DNA from: Macrostomum lignano | Taxonomy: Eukaryota | Assembly (NCBI GenBank): GCA_002269645.1 | Contig: NIVC01001525.1 | Span: 124,001-188,000 of the forward strand | Reading direction: 5' to 3' | Length of the DNA: 64,000 bases | In this document: positions 38,161 to 51,600 of the stretch, one piece after another | How the letters are laid out: every line of letters starts with the position of its first letter | How positions within the stretch are numbered: the first letter of the stretch is position 1 | The notes under the pieces: generated by a model | What the model saw: the letters and a program-made list of their open reading frames with translations, nothing else | Told to the model about the DNA's origin: nothing | Databases searched by the model: none | Translations under genes and position numbers: made by a program

Positions 38161-38782
38161 ACAGGTCACACTCAGGCAGCCACAGAAGTTTCCCAGCCTC
38201 AGAGTTGCTTGGGTTCCGCTTATTCTACTCCTGTCTCAGCGGCCGCAGCTGCACTCTTTGGGGAAGAGTTTGTGATGGAGACGCAGTCAGGGGGGGATGC
38301 ACAAAAGCCGGGCAAGTCCGCAAAGACTATTGGGGAGCAGCTTCTCAACCTTCTCTCCTCAGTTCTTTCTCTCCCCGTTCTGCCAGCTCCCCTCTCCTCT
38401 ATTGCTGGCCGGGCGGGCAGGGCAGAAGGCGGAGGGCGGCACTGGCGGAGTTGCTAATGAAAACCTGGGCCGATATTCCTTGGCAACAGCCAACCGAACT
38501 CCGTTGAGCAGCCCAGCCTCCCGGCTCGCGCCTTTTGTCTTAAACAAACTGAGCTGTCCCCACCCGCCGCCCGGCCGCCTTCGCCCCACCGCTGCCCACT
38601 GCTCAAAATTTTCTCCGCCAGTTTTTGTCAGCCGTAGGAAGACTGAGCACCCACCCGGGATGAGGCTGAGACCAGGCTGGGTGGGCCCTCCGGACTAAGT
38701 CCTGCCTCTTCCAAGTCTGCTCTTAGAAAATTAACAGACAGAAACCGGGCGGAGACGCTAAGGACAACGGGGTAAGGGAACT

Positions 38783-39099
<317 letters not shown>

Positions 39100-39121
39100 C
39101 TGTACATTGGCCAAGGAGAGG

Positions 39122-41312
39122 GGAGCACGAACTTTGCCAGCCGGAAAGTTGCCAGCCAAGAACTTTGCCAGCCGAGAAAATTTGCAGCAAGAGAGATAAC
39201 AGCTCAGAATTTCATCAGCTGTCTAATTTTACAATAATAAATATTAAATTTTAACAGTTAAAGACTGAAGTATACTAATATATTTATTTATTCGATTAGG
39301 CGGCGCTGCATAAACGTGTTTAAAAAACGTTTAGCAATTGAATACGGTACATGTGGCTAAAAACAAGAGTATAATTGCGTCCTGCATATTTTGTTGCAAA
39401 ATTATTGAAGCAGTTGAGCTCAGTTTTGCTTGGTACGCATGTAATTATAAATGGCACTACTAATTTTTAATAATTGATAATACATATTACTATACATGAC
39501 TACATGTCTTTAGAAAGCTAAGAGAAGGCAAGGAAGGACAGTCAGACAAACCCCTCAGAACCCCATCCCCTAGACAAACCCCTCAGAACCCCCATCCCCT
39601 AGACAAACCCCTCAGAGCCCCACCCCCTAGACAAACCCCTCGGAACCCCCACCCCCTAGACAAACCCCTCAGAACCCCCACCCCCTAGACAAACCCCTCA
39701 GAACCCCCACCCCCTAGACAAACCCCTCAGAACCCCACCCCCTAGACAAACCCCTCGGAACCCCCACCCCCTAGACAAACCCCTCGGAACCCCACCCCCT
39801 AGACAAACCCCTCAGAACCCCCACTCCCTAGACAAACCCCTCAGAACCCCCACCCCCTAGACAAACCTCTCAGAACCCCCACCCCCTAGACAAACCCCTC
39901 AGAACCCCCACCCCTAGACAAACCCCTCAGAACCCCCACTCCCTAGACAAACCCCTCAGAACCCCCACCCCCTAGACAAACCTCTCAGAACCCCCACCCC
40001 CTAGACAAACCCCTCAGAACCCCCACCCCCTAGACAAACCCCTCAGAACCCCCACCCCCTAGACAAACCCCTCAGAACCCCCACCCCCTAGACAAACCCC
40101 TTGGAACCCCCACCCCCTAGACAAACCCCTTGGAACCCCCACCCCCTAGACAAACCCCTCAGAACCCCCACCCCCTAGACAAACCTCTCAGAACCCCCAC
40201 CCCCTAGACAAACCCCTCAGAACCCCCACCCCCTAGACAAACCCTTTGGAACCCCCACTCCCTAGACAAACCCCTCAGAACCCCCACCCCCTAGACAAAC
40301 CCCTCAGAACCCCCACCCCCTAGACAAACCCCTCAGAACCCCCACCCCCTAGACAAACCCCTCAGAACCCCCATCCCCTAGACAAACCCCTCAGAACCCC
40401 CACCCCCTAGACAAACCCCTTGGAACCCCCACCCCTAGACAAACCCCTCGGAACCCCCACCCCCTAGACAAACCCCTCAGAACCCCCACCCCCTAGACAA
40501 ACCCCTCAGAACCCCCACCCCCTAGACAAACCCCTCAGAACCCCCACCCCCTAGACAAACCCTCAGAACCCCCCCCCTAGACAAACCCCTCAGAACCCCA
40601 CCCCCTAGACAAACCCCTCAGAACCCCCACCCCTAGACAAACCCCTTGGAACCCCCACCCCTAGACAAACCCCTTGGAACCCCCACCCCCTAGACAAACC
40701 CCTCAGAACCCCCACCCCCTAGACAAACCCCTCAGAACCCCCACCCCCTAGACAAACCCCTCGGAACCCCCACCCCCTAGACAAACCCCTCAGAACCCCC
40801 ACCCATTTATCCTCGGCTGAGTGGAACGCTAGGGGCCGGCGCTGCCACGCAGGAAGAATTAATTGATGTGAGAAAATCGAAGGCAAAAGTGGGGCGCTTG
40901 GCTATGATTGGTTGGCGGTGTAGCGGATTGGGTGGGTTGGCCTTGGCCTCCTCCAGTCTTTAGGGAGGATGCAGTTTATTAGCCTTATAGTATACATTTA
41001 CTCTTTAGAAATTGTGCAATTATATTATTATTACCAAGCAAAACTGAGCTCAACTGCCACATGTATTCAACTGCTGAATTTTTTTTAAATGCAGGTCTTT
41101 TATGCAGCCTAATCGAATAAAAATGTTTACTTTAGCTCTTCAATTGATTATAATTGTAAAATTAGACAGCTGATGAAATTCTGAGCTGGTATCTCTCTAG
41201 CTGAAAATTTTCTTGGCTGGCAGCTTTCCGGCTGGCAACTTTCCGGCTGGCAACTTTCCGGCTGGCAACTTTCCGGCTGGCAACTTTCCAGCTGGCAACG
41301 TTCGTAGACTCC
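39122..41312. mobile_element. Putative foldback-like non-autonomous DNA element: ~300-bp imperfect inverted arms with 15-bp subrepeats enclosing a 29-bp array
   Basis: 39130-39435 is the gapped reverse complement of 41032-41300, e.g. CAGCTCAGAATTTCATCAGCTGTCTAATTTTACAAT vs ATTGTAAAATTAGACAGCTGATGAAATTCTGAGCTG. GCCAGCCGGAAAGTT subrepeats occur in both arms. No clean TSD found. Confidence 0.6.
39545..40805. repeat. 29-bp C-rich minisatellite (CCCCCTAGACAAACCCCTCAGAACCCCCA), about 43 units
   Basis: Tandem units; three G4-5 tracts per unit on the minus strand. Confidence 0.97.
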
Positions 41313-41763
41313 TAGGAGAGCCCTAAATTGTTGAACTGAGCAATGAAATTTAGAAACGGGGCGCCTACTAAAAGCAATAAAATATAGTTTTTCGAATATT
41401 TGACCCACTTCCAATTCGAAATTTTCATCAAAAGAAGATATGCATGATCGGCGAAAAAATTGCACGTTGTTCGTTAGTGCTCTGAGCCACTGCGCTTTAC
41501 TGCAATATACAACCGTATTCGAGCTAACTTTGATCGTTTGAAATAAATAACCCTGTCTACTCCATGCCTAGAAGTTGCACATGATTGCACAATTGCTTCA
41601 GTCAAAAGCATAAAAGTCTACTGCTGTAAGTAGCACGAAGCAAGAATTCTAAGAAAAGCTACCATTGCAGCTCCTGACGCCTATAAAATCTGCTGCAGTT
41701 GAGACCGCCGCTCTGAGCTGCTCTGAGCTGAGACACGTGACTGCAAGCACCGAGTCATTCGAA

Positions 41764-44746
41764 ATGTCAAGACAATCGATTATTGGATTTCCGTTTGAAA
41801 AAGTAAGTGCTACAGGAACTCACTCACATGTTTGAATGTGCAGCTTGGGTGCCTCAATTGCAGTTGCAGGAACTCACTCACATGTTTGAATGTGCAGCTT
41901 GGGTGCCTCAATTTCAGTTTCAGGAACTCACTCACATGTTTGAATGTGCAGCTTGGGTGCCTCAATTTCAGTTGCAGGAACTCACTCAGCCGAACCCCAA
42001 CAACCGGGCAATCGTCAGAGACTCACCAGCCGCTCTCGAGAATCTCGCCAACGACGTCATCCGAGGTGACTTCGACCAGGTGCGGCGGCTGGCGACGCGC
42101 CAGCTGGTCACCAGCGCTAATGCAGCTCGTCGGACCGTCCTCATGCTGGTGGCCGACGCTCCTGAGACTCCCGTGCAAACTGAAAAGTGCATCTTGTACT
42201 TATTTAAGCTGGGCGCGAACCCCAAGGCGGCTGACGCGAACGGCAACACGGCTGCGCACCTGGCAGCCCGGCGGGACCACCTGCGGCTGCTGACGCTGCT
42301 GTCGTTCGATGCGAAGTGGCTGCGGAACGACAACGGCGCCACTCCGCTGATGGAGGCGGCGCGGACTGGAAGCTGGAAATGCGCCAAGCACCTGCTGCAC
42401 CTGCTCAGGCAGATGAGGTTCAATGAGTGTATAAATCACGGAAACTCGAAGAGGTCGCGGCTGCTCGGACTGGAGGATCGCGAGAGTCGGACGGCGGCGG
42501 ACCTGGCGAGGCTCAGCGGCCACTCAGAGCTGGCCAGCTACATCGAGCGGTGAGTGAGCAGTTCGCTGCTGTGTCCAATTTTGTAGCAATCGGCTGCGTG
42601 TGAAAGGTTGGATGCGCTCTCGCCAATGCTGATTATAGCAGAACTGCTGCAGTCCTCTTGGCGACTCCATCTGCGAGCAGCTCAGATAATTCGAAATTTC
42701 TAGAATTTAATTTTCGCCATCATAGTTGGCCGATTTAAAAAAATTACAAATTCGCTGCTCATTTTGCTGTTGAAGGGAGATGCGGCTGGCTGTGGATGCA
42801 GGTGGCAGGATCTCCGGTCTGACAGCTCAGGTGAGTGGCATCTGCAGTGCCGATGCGGCCGCAGCTGAGCAGCTGTGCTCAAATTTCCCACTCGCCTTTG
42901 CAGGAGGAGGCAAATCGACGAGAGGCGACCAGCGGAAGCTGTGACCTGCCTGAGGGATGGGGATTTACCACATTGATGTGGGCAGCTCAGAACAGCTCGT
43001 GCAGTGATGAGGCTCTGTGGCGGCAGCTTGTGCAGCTGGGTGACCCCACCTGTGCGAATGTATCGGCTGACAGTTGCCTGCACCTTGCAGCCAGGGCTGG
43101 CAATTCTGCCGCAGCCTCCGCTCTGCTGGCTGCCGGAGCCTCCGCCAATGCCAGGGCTCTGGATGAATTCACGCCGCTTATGCAGGCAGCCAGCTGGGCG
43201 CCCCCCGATACCGCCGATGCAGTCGGTCGGGTTCTGCTGGACTCAGGGGCGGATTGGAGCCTGAAGGACTGTCAGGGTAAGACTGCGCTGGATTTGGCTA
43301 CAAAGAATCGAAGAAGCAAACTGGCTGAGCTGCTGCGTGGGTGAGTTTATAAAAAATGATTCATGTCTCTCTGACTTGCACCTGTCTCTCTGAGTTCCTT
43401 TGATTTATGATTTCTTTCTAAAAATGTATTTATCTTTTGCATCGCCTGTTTCAGCTTTGAAGAGAGGAACTACTTCGACGAGTCTCCGTATGTTAGCTAA
43501 AACTCACACAGCTACAGCACACAGCTACAGCACACACAACTACAGCACACAGCTACAGCACACAGCTACAGCACACACAGCTACAGCACACACAACTAAA
43601 GCACACAGCTATATCACACACAGCTACAGCACACAGCTATAGCACACACAGCTACAGCACACACAACTAAAGCACACAGCTATAGCACACACAGCTACAG
43701 CACACAGCTACAGCACACACAGCTACAGCATGCAAATTATCCCTTATTGCCCAAAACTCGCATCCCCTCAGACCCGAAGGCCCCCCGTTCCTGAAGCGCT
43801 GGGACGCCGTTCGCCTCATTTTCCGCGGAGGCTTCGGCGAAGTCCACGAAGTTCGAACTGACACGGGCATCACGTGCACTGCCAAGACTCTCAGACTTCC
43901 TGTGCAGCTCGGTGATGAGCTGCCCGCTGTGAGCACAGAGATCCAAAGAGCTGTCGAGAGCGAGAGAAACCTGTGCCGACTGAGGCATCCCAACATCCTC
44001 AGGTTCTTGCACATCGCTCAGCCAGAGCCCGCCACAGTCGTTGTGTTCATGGAGCTGCTGGACGGCCGAAGTTTGGAGAGGTTTATCGACAACAAGCCGC
44101 TGGACGAGCCAAAGATTCGAGACTTCAGCGAGCAGGTAAGCATTGTGTATCCTTGATTCTCCTGTTCCATGTTCCCATGAATGATGACTGCTCACTGACC
44201 GACCGCTCGCAGATCTGCCGCGCGCTGCTCTACCTGCACAGCCGGCAGCCGCCCGTCATCCACAGAGACATCAACTGCTCCAACATAATTGTTTGTGCTG
44301 ACAACACGCGAATCAAGCTGATTGGCTTCGGCCTGTCAATCAAGCTGGAGTCAGTCAGCCACATCTCAGCCTCCACTCAGTCACCGAAAGGCACTCTGAA
44401 CTTCATAGCGCCGGAGCTGCTCGGAGCGGTAGAGTCGGACAGCGTGCAGTACAGCAGAGAGTCGGACATCTGGGCATTCGGCTGCTCGGTCTTTGAGATG
44501 GTGTCTGGACTGAGGCCGTTCGCGAACGTTGGAAGCTTCATAGAAATGACCCAACTGATTGACAGGAAGGGCGCCCCCGCCCTCCCGGACGGCCGGTCCG
44601 CAGAGCTGAGGGATTTCTACAGCCGCTGCACCGCCAAGGACTGTCGGAGGAGAAGACCTGCAGTGGAGCTGCTGGAGCACGAGTTCCTGACGGACAGGAA
44701 GCTGAAAAAGGGATTCCTGAGCTCGCTGTTCGGCGCAAGGAAATGA
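41764..44746 (+). CDS. Ankyrin-repeat + STE11/MAP3K-like protein kinase domain (probable pseudokinase), 7 exons, about 677 aa
   Basis: Exons 41764-41802, 41978-42549, 42776-42830, 42904-43340, 43455-43487, 43772-44135, 44213-44746; GT-AG and phase-consistent. Ankyrins NGNTAAHLAAR, NGATPLMEAAR, DSCLHLAAR, FTPLMQAA, GKTALDLA. Kinase motifs RGGFGEV, TAK, HPNI, HRDINCSN, IGFG, GTLNFIAPE, DIWAFGCSVFEM. Confidence 0.88.
41812..41988 (+). repeat. 54-bp tandem repeat x3 copying the intron 1 acceptor and the start of exon 2 of the ankyrin-kinase gene
   Basis: YAG|GAACTCACTCA at 41816, 41870, 41924 and 41978. Confidence 0.93.
43505..43730. repeat. Low-complexity (CACACAGCTACAG)-type repeat in an intron of the ankyrin-kinase gene
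   Basis: Directly visible. Confidence 0.9.
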
Positions 44747-45044
44747 CAGAAACTGATCTAATTAATTGTTGGCTTACTTTAATTCAGATCCAACAGCCGT
44801 TTGAATCTCAGCAAACCCGTTCTGCTCACGCCATGTTCAGCATAGACTGCATTCGCCTGCTGTTTAGAGACTGTGCAGGGATTATTTTCCTTCTTGTGGT
44901 TGAAAGCTGATGCTGCTTGAGGAGTTTCAGCCTTGAATAATACTGAAAATTTTATCCTATAAGCTGATCCTACGCCACTTTTTTATTGTGGCCTTTGTAG
45001 TACCTCTAGCTTTGCACCCACCCCATCATCTCATTTGGGGTTGA

Positions 45045-45290
45045 TACAAAGTTTAATATAGCTTTTTGTAGGTTTTGTTTTACTACATACTTTAATATAG
45101 CCTTTAGTAGATTTTGTTTTAATACAAACGTTAATATAGCCTTTAGTAGATTTTGTTTTACTACAAACTTTAATATAGCCTTTAGTAGATCTTGTTTTAA
45201 TACCAACTTTAATATAGCCTTTAGTAGATTTTGTTTTAATGCAAAATTTAATATAGCCTTTAGTAGATCTTGTTTTGACACAAAGCTTAA
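45045..45290. repeat. 39-bp AT-rich tandem repeat (TTTAATATAGCCTTTAGTAGATTTTGTTTT...), about 6 units
   Basis: Tandem units; 13-aa periodicity in the spurious ORF. Confidence 0.9.
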
Positions 45291-45912
45291 TCTAACCTTC
45301 CGAAGACTTGATTTTGATACAAAGTTTAATTTATTGTTATTAAACTGGCTTCCCTGGACTCAGGCTCACAAAATGTTACAATAACGTTTTTTTGTCAGCT
45401 GCCGAACTCAAATATAAAAAGTGCAGACTGCTGTGTTAGAAACGAGGTGTCGAGCATTCTTCTTTTGCTTCTCAGCTGAGCTATGCATAAAATAGCGGGG
45501 GTTATAGAGAGTAGAAACTCACGGAAAGACAATGAAGCTCACTATTTAGGCTGAGCTATGGCTGAGAAGTGCTTGCTAATTAAGCAGGTTGGCGGCAGGT
45601 GCAGAGGAGGCGGGGAGACAGAGAGTTGCCACCGCCCATTGCACAGAAACTGCAGCTCTGAGATGCCTCAACTCATTCTCCGTTACAGCTTATGATCTCC
45701 ATTCTCCATCAGTTACACAGCGGCTGCTAAATGCTGTTAAATTTTATGAGCCATTAGTTTCGAATTTGTCATTTTGTCAATTTATCAAGCTGCTCCAGAC
45801 TGAAAAGCAGAGCTTGAACATGCAGCAGGTGAGAGAGACACACCGCTTTCGAGTGCCCCAGACTGCCCAAGAGCTGAGAGGTCAGTGAGCAGTGCTTTGC
45901 AAAGATGCTCAA

Positions 45913-47420
45913 TACGGAAGCACAATGAGCTGCTCAAAGCCTCTGCAGTTAAGGGGCAGGCAGTTTTAACTGATGCAGAATGAGGTGAGGCTGAGCTCGC
46001 AGCCTCCAACAGCAGGCATTTGAATGGATTTTGTCCTTCTGAGACACAGCAGTGCTCAGCAGCTGCTAAGCAAAAAATGCAGCTCATGACAGCGCATTGC
46101 AGCACTGCACCGGAGCCCCTGCGCACTGGAGGGTTGGCTCAAGCTGGGGGGGGGGGTAGTCACCCTCCCTCTAAGCAGCCCTCCAGTGGGTTGGCGACCA
46201 GCTGCACTTTTGGCTTCTTTAGCTTTCTAGAAACTGGAGAAAACTAATGTTATTGGGCGAAGACTGGGGGTCCAAGCTGGGATCTGATTGAGAATAGAGA
46301 AGCTGAGCAGGGATCTGATGGAGAATAGAGAAGCTGAGCTGGGATGTGATGGAGAATGGAGAAGCTGAGCTGGGATGTGATGGAGAATAGAGAAGCTGAG
46401 CTGGGATCTGATGGAGAATAGAGAAGCTGAGCTGGGATCTGATGGAGAAGAGAGAAGCTGAGCTGGGATCTGATGGAGAATAGAGAAGCTGAGCTGGGAT
46501 CTGATGGAGAAGAGAGAAGCTGAGCTGGGATCTGATGGAGAATAGAGAAGCTGAGCTGTGGAGTTGACAATCTCAGCAGTGAAATGCTGAAGTGCCGGTC
46601 ACCGAATGCAAAAAGCAATAAATAAGACAGGCAGCCGCAGTGCACAGATAAACTGTGTGGAATCCAAAATCAGCCTATATGTGAGTCCCGCACTGTCCTG
46701 GGCAAGCACCGAGCTGGTGGCTAATGGAATCTGAGCTAGAAATTGCAGAGCCTGCAGGCTGGGTGCATGCTGGATGGGGAATCAGTTGAGTTCATTACTG
46801 AGCAGCTTTAGCAGGTGCGCAAGAAAAGCCTAGAAGAGAGTGCAGTGAGCGGTACTCTGGGGAGTTACTAAGCAACCTTCCCAAGCCAAAGGCAGTCCGA
46901 AGTGGTGCAATCAGATCAATTGCACAGACAAGGCTGAGCCTGAAAATAAGGGGTGAAGGACCCTCGGCAGGCAGCGGAGGGGGCGCGGACGAAAGGAGGG
47001 CACAATGGGGAGGGGTGGGGTAACACAATTTACACTAAAGCCCACGGAACAGGCCCAAGTGTAAAGTAGACAAGCAACCCCCCAAGCCAAGGGCAGTCCG
47101 AAGTGGTGCAGCTGAGATAATAGGTCAATTTTTTTGTTTAGCAGAGCAGAAGGCGGTCAGTACGGAGGCACAATGAGCTGCTCAGAGCCTGTGCAGTGAG
47201 GAGGCTGGCATCTCTAAATGATGCAGAATGAGGTGGGGCTGAGCTCGCAGTCTCCAACAGCAGGCATTTGAATGAGTTTTGTCCTTCCGAGGTCCCAGCA
47301 GTGCTCAGCAGCTGCTCAGCAAATGCAGCTCATGACAGTGCATTGCGGCACTGCAGCGGAGAGCGGAGCCCCTGAGCACTGGAGAGGGGGCTCAAGCTGG
47401 GGGGGGGGGGGTAGCCACCG
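45913..47420 (+). repeat. ~260-bp direct repeat pair (45913-46165 and 47160-47420), each ending in a G-run, with a 31-bp minisatellite (46283-46560) between them
   Basis: TACGGA(A/G)GCACAATGAGCTGCTCA ... GCTCAAGCTGGGGGGGGGGGGTAG(T/C)CACC is shared; GGATCTGATGGAGAATAGAGAAGCTGAGCTG x about 9. Confidence 0.85.
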
Positions 47421-48634
47421 TGTCACTGACTCGGGCGGTGATACTAAATATGTGGACTAAAATATTTCTCAGATTTTTACTGTACTACTAGAATGAGTAG
47501 CTCATTGATTATGCTGTATAGTTTATTATTACGAGCGTAAAAGTAACAATAAGAGATCATATTAGTGCGGAGGACGCCATGAACTCATGGATAACTTTTT
47601 TCTCTAACTAGAGGTTTTAAAAAGTATTCTTTAATTTCCTTGGTGTGATTGATAACAGTTAGACAACCAATTAGCAGTGCATTTTGTCCTCCCAATGTTT
47701 AGTACGAGTCAAGTATTAATAAAGAGATTAAGGAGACAAGCGACATGGCATCCGCATAAGTATACTACTTATACCCTTACATGTATATAGAAATGAACAT
47801 GTCAATGATTTATTAAAGCCTTATAGCTCAAGCTGAAGAGAGATAGGTTGAGAGAATGACTTAAGCTCACTGCACTCTAATGATGCTCAGGAGCACTGGG
47901 TCTAGGGTGGAGGTTTTGACTGTTGCTGAGTGCTTGATACCAGTATATTTAAAAAAACGTCAGTCTATGCCTCTGGGAGTTTCTTAGAACGGCTAATCTA
48001 TTAGTTTGAAAACGTTTGAAAACTGCAGCATTTTTCCATATTGAGTTAAAACAAAATTGCTAGTATAACGGATGCGATAGTTAGTGATAAAAAGTTCCTA
48101 ATAAACTAGCTAAAGCGTATGCTGCAAAATTGATGCGACCTGGAGGTTGGATTCTGTGTTGTTTTACGCCGCTCCGCATCATGCAGGTGTACACTCTTGC
48201 TCCTGCCCCTGGCTGCATGCTGCGGGCCTGAGCTGGAGTAGAGAGTAAGCGAACTAAGCGAAGCGGATGCCACCACCTCCCAATGGTTGAAATTAAAAAG
48301 CCGATTCAATATGGAATGCAGCTATCACTGCACAGCGCACGGTTGTTTTTTTTTAATAGATGCAATATTAATGGCCTCCCAAACCCCACTCAACTTGAGT
48401 AGGGGTTCCTAAGCCTCACTTCCGGACACTGATAAAGCCGTGTCCAGTAACTGTGGGACAGAGAAAAGGGAGGGTGGGGCGTTTTGCCCCTTGACAACCG
48501 TCTGTTTCCCGACACTTAGGGGGCAGCGGATCCCATAATTTAAGAGCCCCCATCTAGGGCTGTGTCGCGGAATATCTCTTATCAGAAAAGTCAACTAGCA
48601 AAATCAAATATCTGCCTAGCAACTCCTGCTTGCA

Positions 48635-51600
48635 ATGAAACTGACAACCAAGCAGTCCGAGCTGCTGCAGCTGCTTCTGTGCCAGCTGCTCACGGGTGAG
48701 TCTGAATAGAATGCTGCCACCTTGAAGACTCGAAATCGCGCTCACTACTCATAAACACCCCTTTTAGCTGTGGGCACCTCTGCTCCCAGAACCGCCAGTG
48801 CTCGCACCTATAATAAGTTGACCAGCGGCTCCATCAGCATCGGCAACTACGTGAGCAGCGAGCTGCTCAACGAGACGGGCCTTCAATCCAATGCCCTCTG
48901 CTTGTGGAAGTGCTGGGCAACGTCCTGCGCTGTCGCAATCGTCAAGGAAGCTGAAATCCTCGAATGCCAAATGCTCGTCATCAACACTGTGAGCGAGCCG
49001 GGCTTGATCAACAGCAGCTTTGTTGCCAGGAAGATTCGGCTTGAGCCCGGTGTGAAGATCTGGAAAGCTGACGACTTTGAGCAGCAGGTGCTCAGAGGCA
49101 CTGACAGTGGCCGTCTACTCGGTGAGTTTGCAAAAATGACGAATGAAGTCTAATCATATCGTATGCAAGGTACCAACTAACAAGCAGTGAAGCAGACGGC
49201 TTGACTTGATTTTTAATGGCCATCGCTTATTAACTCATTGTGCACTAATTAAGCTTTCAACTTGACGTGGTAAACTGTTTAGCCAGTCTTGCCGCAAGGC
49301 CACTTGAAGGCCCTCGAGCGAAAAAGGGTTGTATTTCGATAATTCGTAGGTCCAATAGGGGCATCTCATCACGGAGCACCGCATCCAGGTTCGATACAGA
49401 GCCTGGTTCTGCTGTGGCCAAGCCAAGCCAAGCAGAGATGCAGAGACGTTAAATTTATCTATGGGTTCCTTAGAGCCGCGAGTGTACCTATACACTTTTG
49501 GGGGCTTGAGAAAGATCTGAAGCTACTTCAATAGAAATTAAATTAAAAAAGTCACCAGGCCATTAGGAGCCAATTAAGTGCAAGCTGAGTTCCAAAAAGG
49601 CACACCACAACAGGTTCGAGATTCATTCCAGTGCTTCCAGTATGCGAGAGATAACACGCCCATTAGAACTGACGCGACTTTGGGATGGATGAAATAGGCT
49701 AACAAAATGACTAAATACTCGTAAATAATCCACAAGTCCGCACTAAAACTAGCCGCTTAGCTCCATCGAGCCTCTGAAAGCGGCGACCAATTTCAAACTC
49801 TATCTGTCTCTAGCAGCTTCTAAACGCAAATGAATTGAAGCATAGAAACTAATCTATCATTCATTCCACAGAGTACCTAGCTTCTAGAAACGTGACTCAC
49901 AAGCGGGTCCACATTCCCAACAACTCGGTGAAGATCTTCGCTGAATTTCTTCTACACCAGCCAGCTGTCTCATCGCTCGTTGGCTGCGTTGACAAGTGCA
50001 GCGAGGTGCCGGCCTGTCGCGGGATTGTGTTCAACTCCAGCAACTGCTCTCTGCTCACCGACTACCCGCTGTGCCGCTGGTTCGAGCAGCCTCCGGGCAG
50101 CTCTGAGCTGGCCGTCTATGTGAGTGTTAAGAAAGCGATTCTCGACAGGTGCTATCACAATAGGCATTTCTCATAATTGCACATCAAACTTTCAAACGCA
50201 GGAGTTCCACACTGTGGCCACTCAGCAGTGCTTCGAGACCGTCAACCTGCGAGTGTCGGACGCGCTGAGCTTCGACCGGCTCTGGGCCGAGTACAAGACC
50301 GGCTTCGGCACTTATCATAGCAACTACTTTGTTGGTGAGACAAAATGCAAATCGGTATTGCTGCAGACCATTACTGCTGAAATCGCGGCCTGTTGATCTA
50401 TATCTAATGTTTTTTACTTGTGGTCTTAGAGGATTTACCTGTTTTATTATTCTCTTGAAAATTAGCTACTAGTTTACTGGTAGATTCGCTTTCAGTCTGT
50501 ACCTTGAGACTACTTAACGCATCGAATTAACACGCGTACTCGTATAATCAAATGTTACATGCGAAATTGGCGAGAGGTTGTTGAAAGGCAAATTTAATGA
50601 ATACATTTTATAGTTCAACAGGCGAGACTGCTGGGGGAGCCACTAGTTACGATGAATTCTGACATCTTAACTTTTTGTGTGGAGTGTGTCGTTTTATTCG
50701 ACCAGATGGCCTCTTATAGGAGTTGCTCGAATTGCCTACATTTTGGAAGATAAGCGCGCTGACGTTAGTTGAGCCGTCTCTGCTCTAGGTGGCTTACTTG
50801 TATGGAGTCAGTATAAAGTGATCCTGGGAGTCTTAATGCTCCAGGAGCTTGGTATCCGAAAGTGCCACCCGTGAGGCAGGTGCCCTGGAAGTTGTTACCC
50901 TTCTAGTGGGACCCATAGGGAATTCAGTGCTCCTAGGCCGGGAATATGTGTTCAGCTGTTCGCTGTCTCCATTAATAAATGGATTTCGGTGGCTGCTTGC
51001 TGTACCCTGCCTGAGTTCCGCCATCGGGTCTGGGCGGGCCAAGCCAAATGCAAGTTGTAGTCTTTTTAGTAGACCTTGCTAACACCAGTCTACTAGTCTC
51101 CCGAGGCTCCTTTGCTCAAGGCTACAGGTATGCAAACGCCTTAGATAGAGCCGAGATGTTAAAAAAAGCGTGAACGACAGCTACTACCACTAACTACTAA
51201 CTACTGTTAGTAAGTACTAACAGTAATCCTCTTTTTATACTATTTCTTTCTTACCAGTTCCCATCAAAGACTACTTAAGAAGACTTCATAAACGATACTC
51301 GAGTCGTCCTCGGTTTCCAAATTTGCAACCTCGGCTGAAAGCAAGGGTTCTTTCAATCAAAGCAAAACAGCCCCTCAGGCTATGTATAGTCATGCCCCAC
51401 CACACTACTGGTTAGGACATTAAGATCAAACAATTGCATGGCTTGAACAATTTCTTTTGCTGCGCGCTGGCTGTGCCTTTGCTTGGGTGTTAATAGCAAG
51501 CAAAATAGCTAGCCCGCTTATTTATAAGTGATGAAAAAATTTCTTTTAAATGCAAATCTCGTAACGCCAGGCCTCGAGTGGCTGCACAACCGGACCAGCG

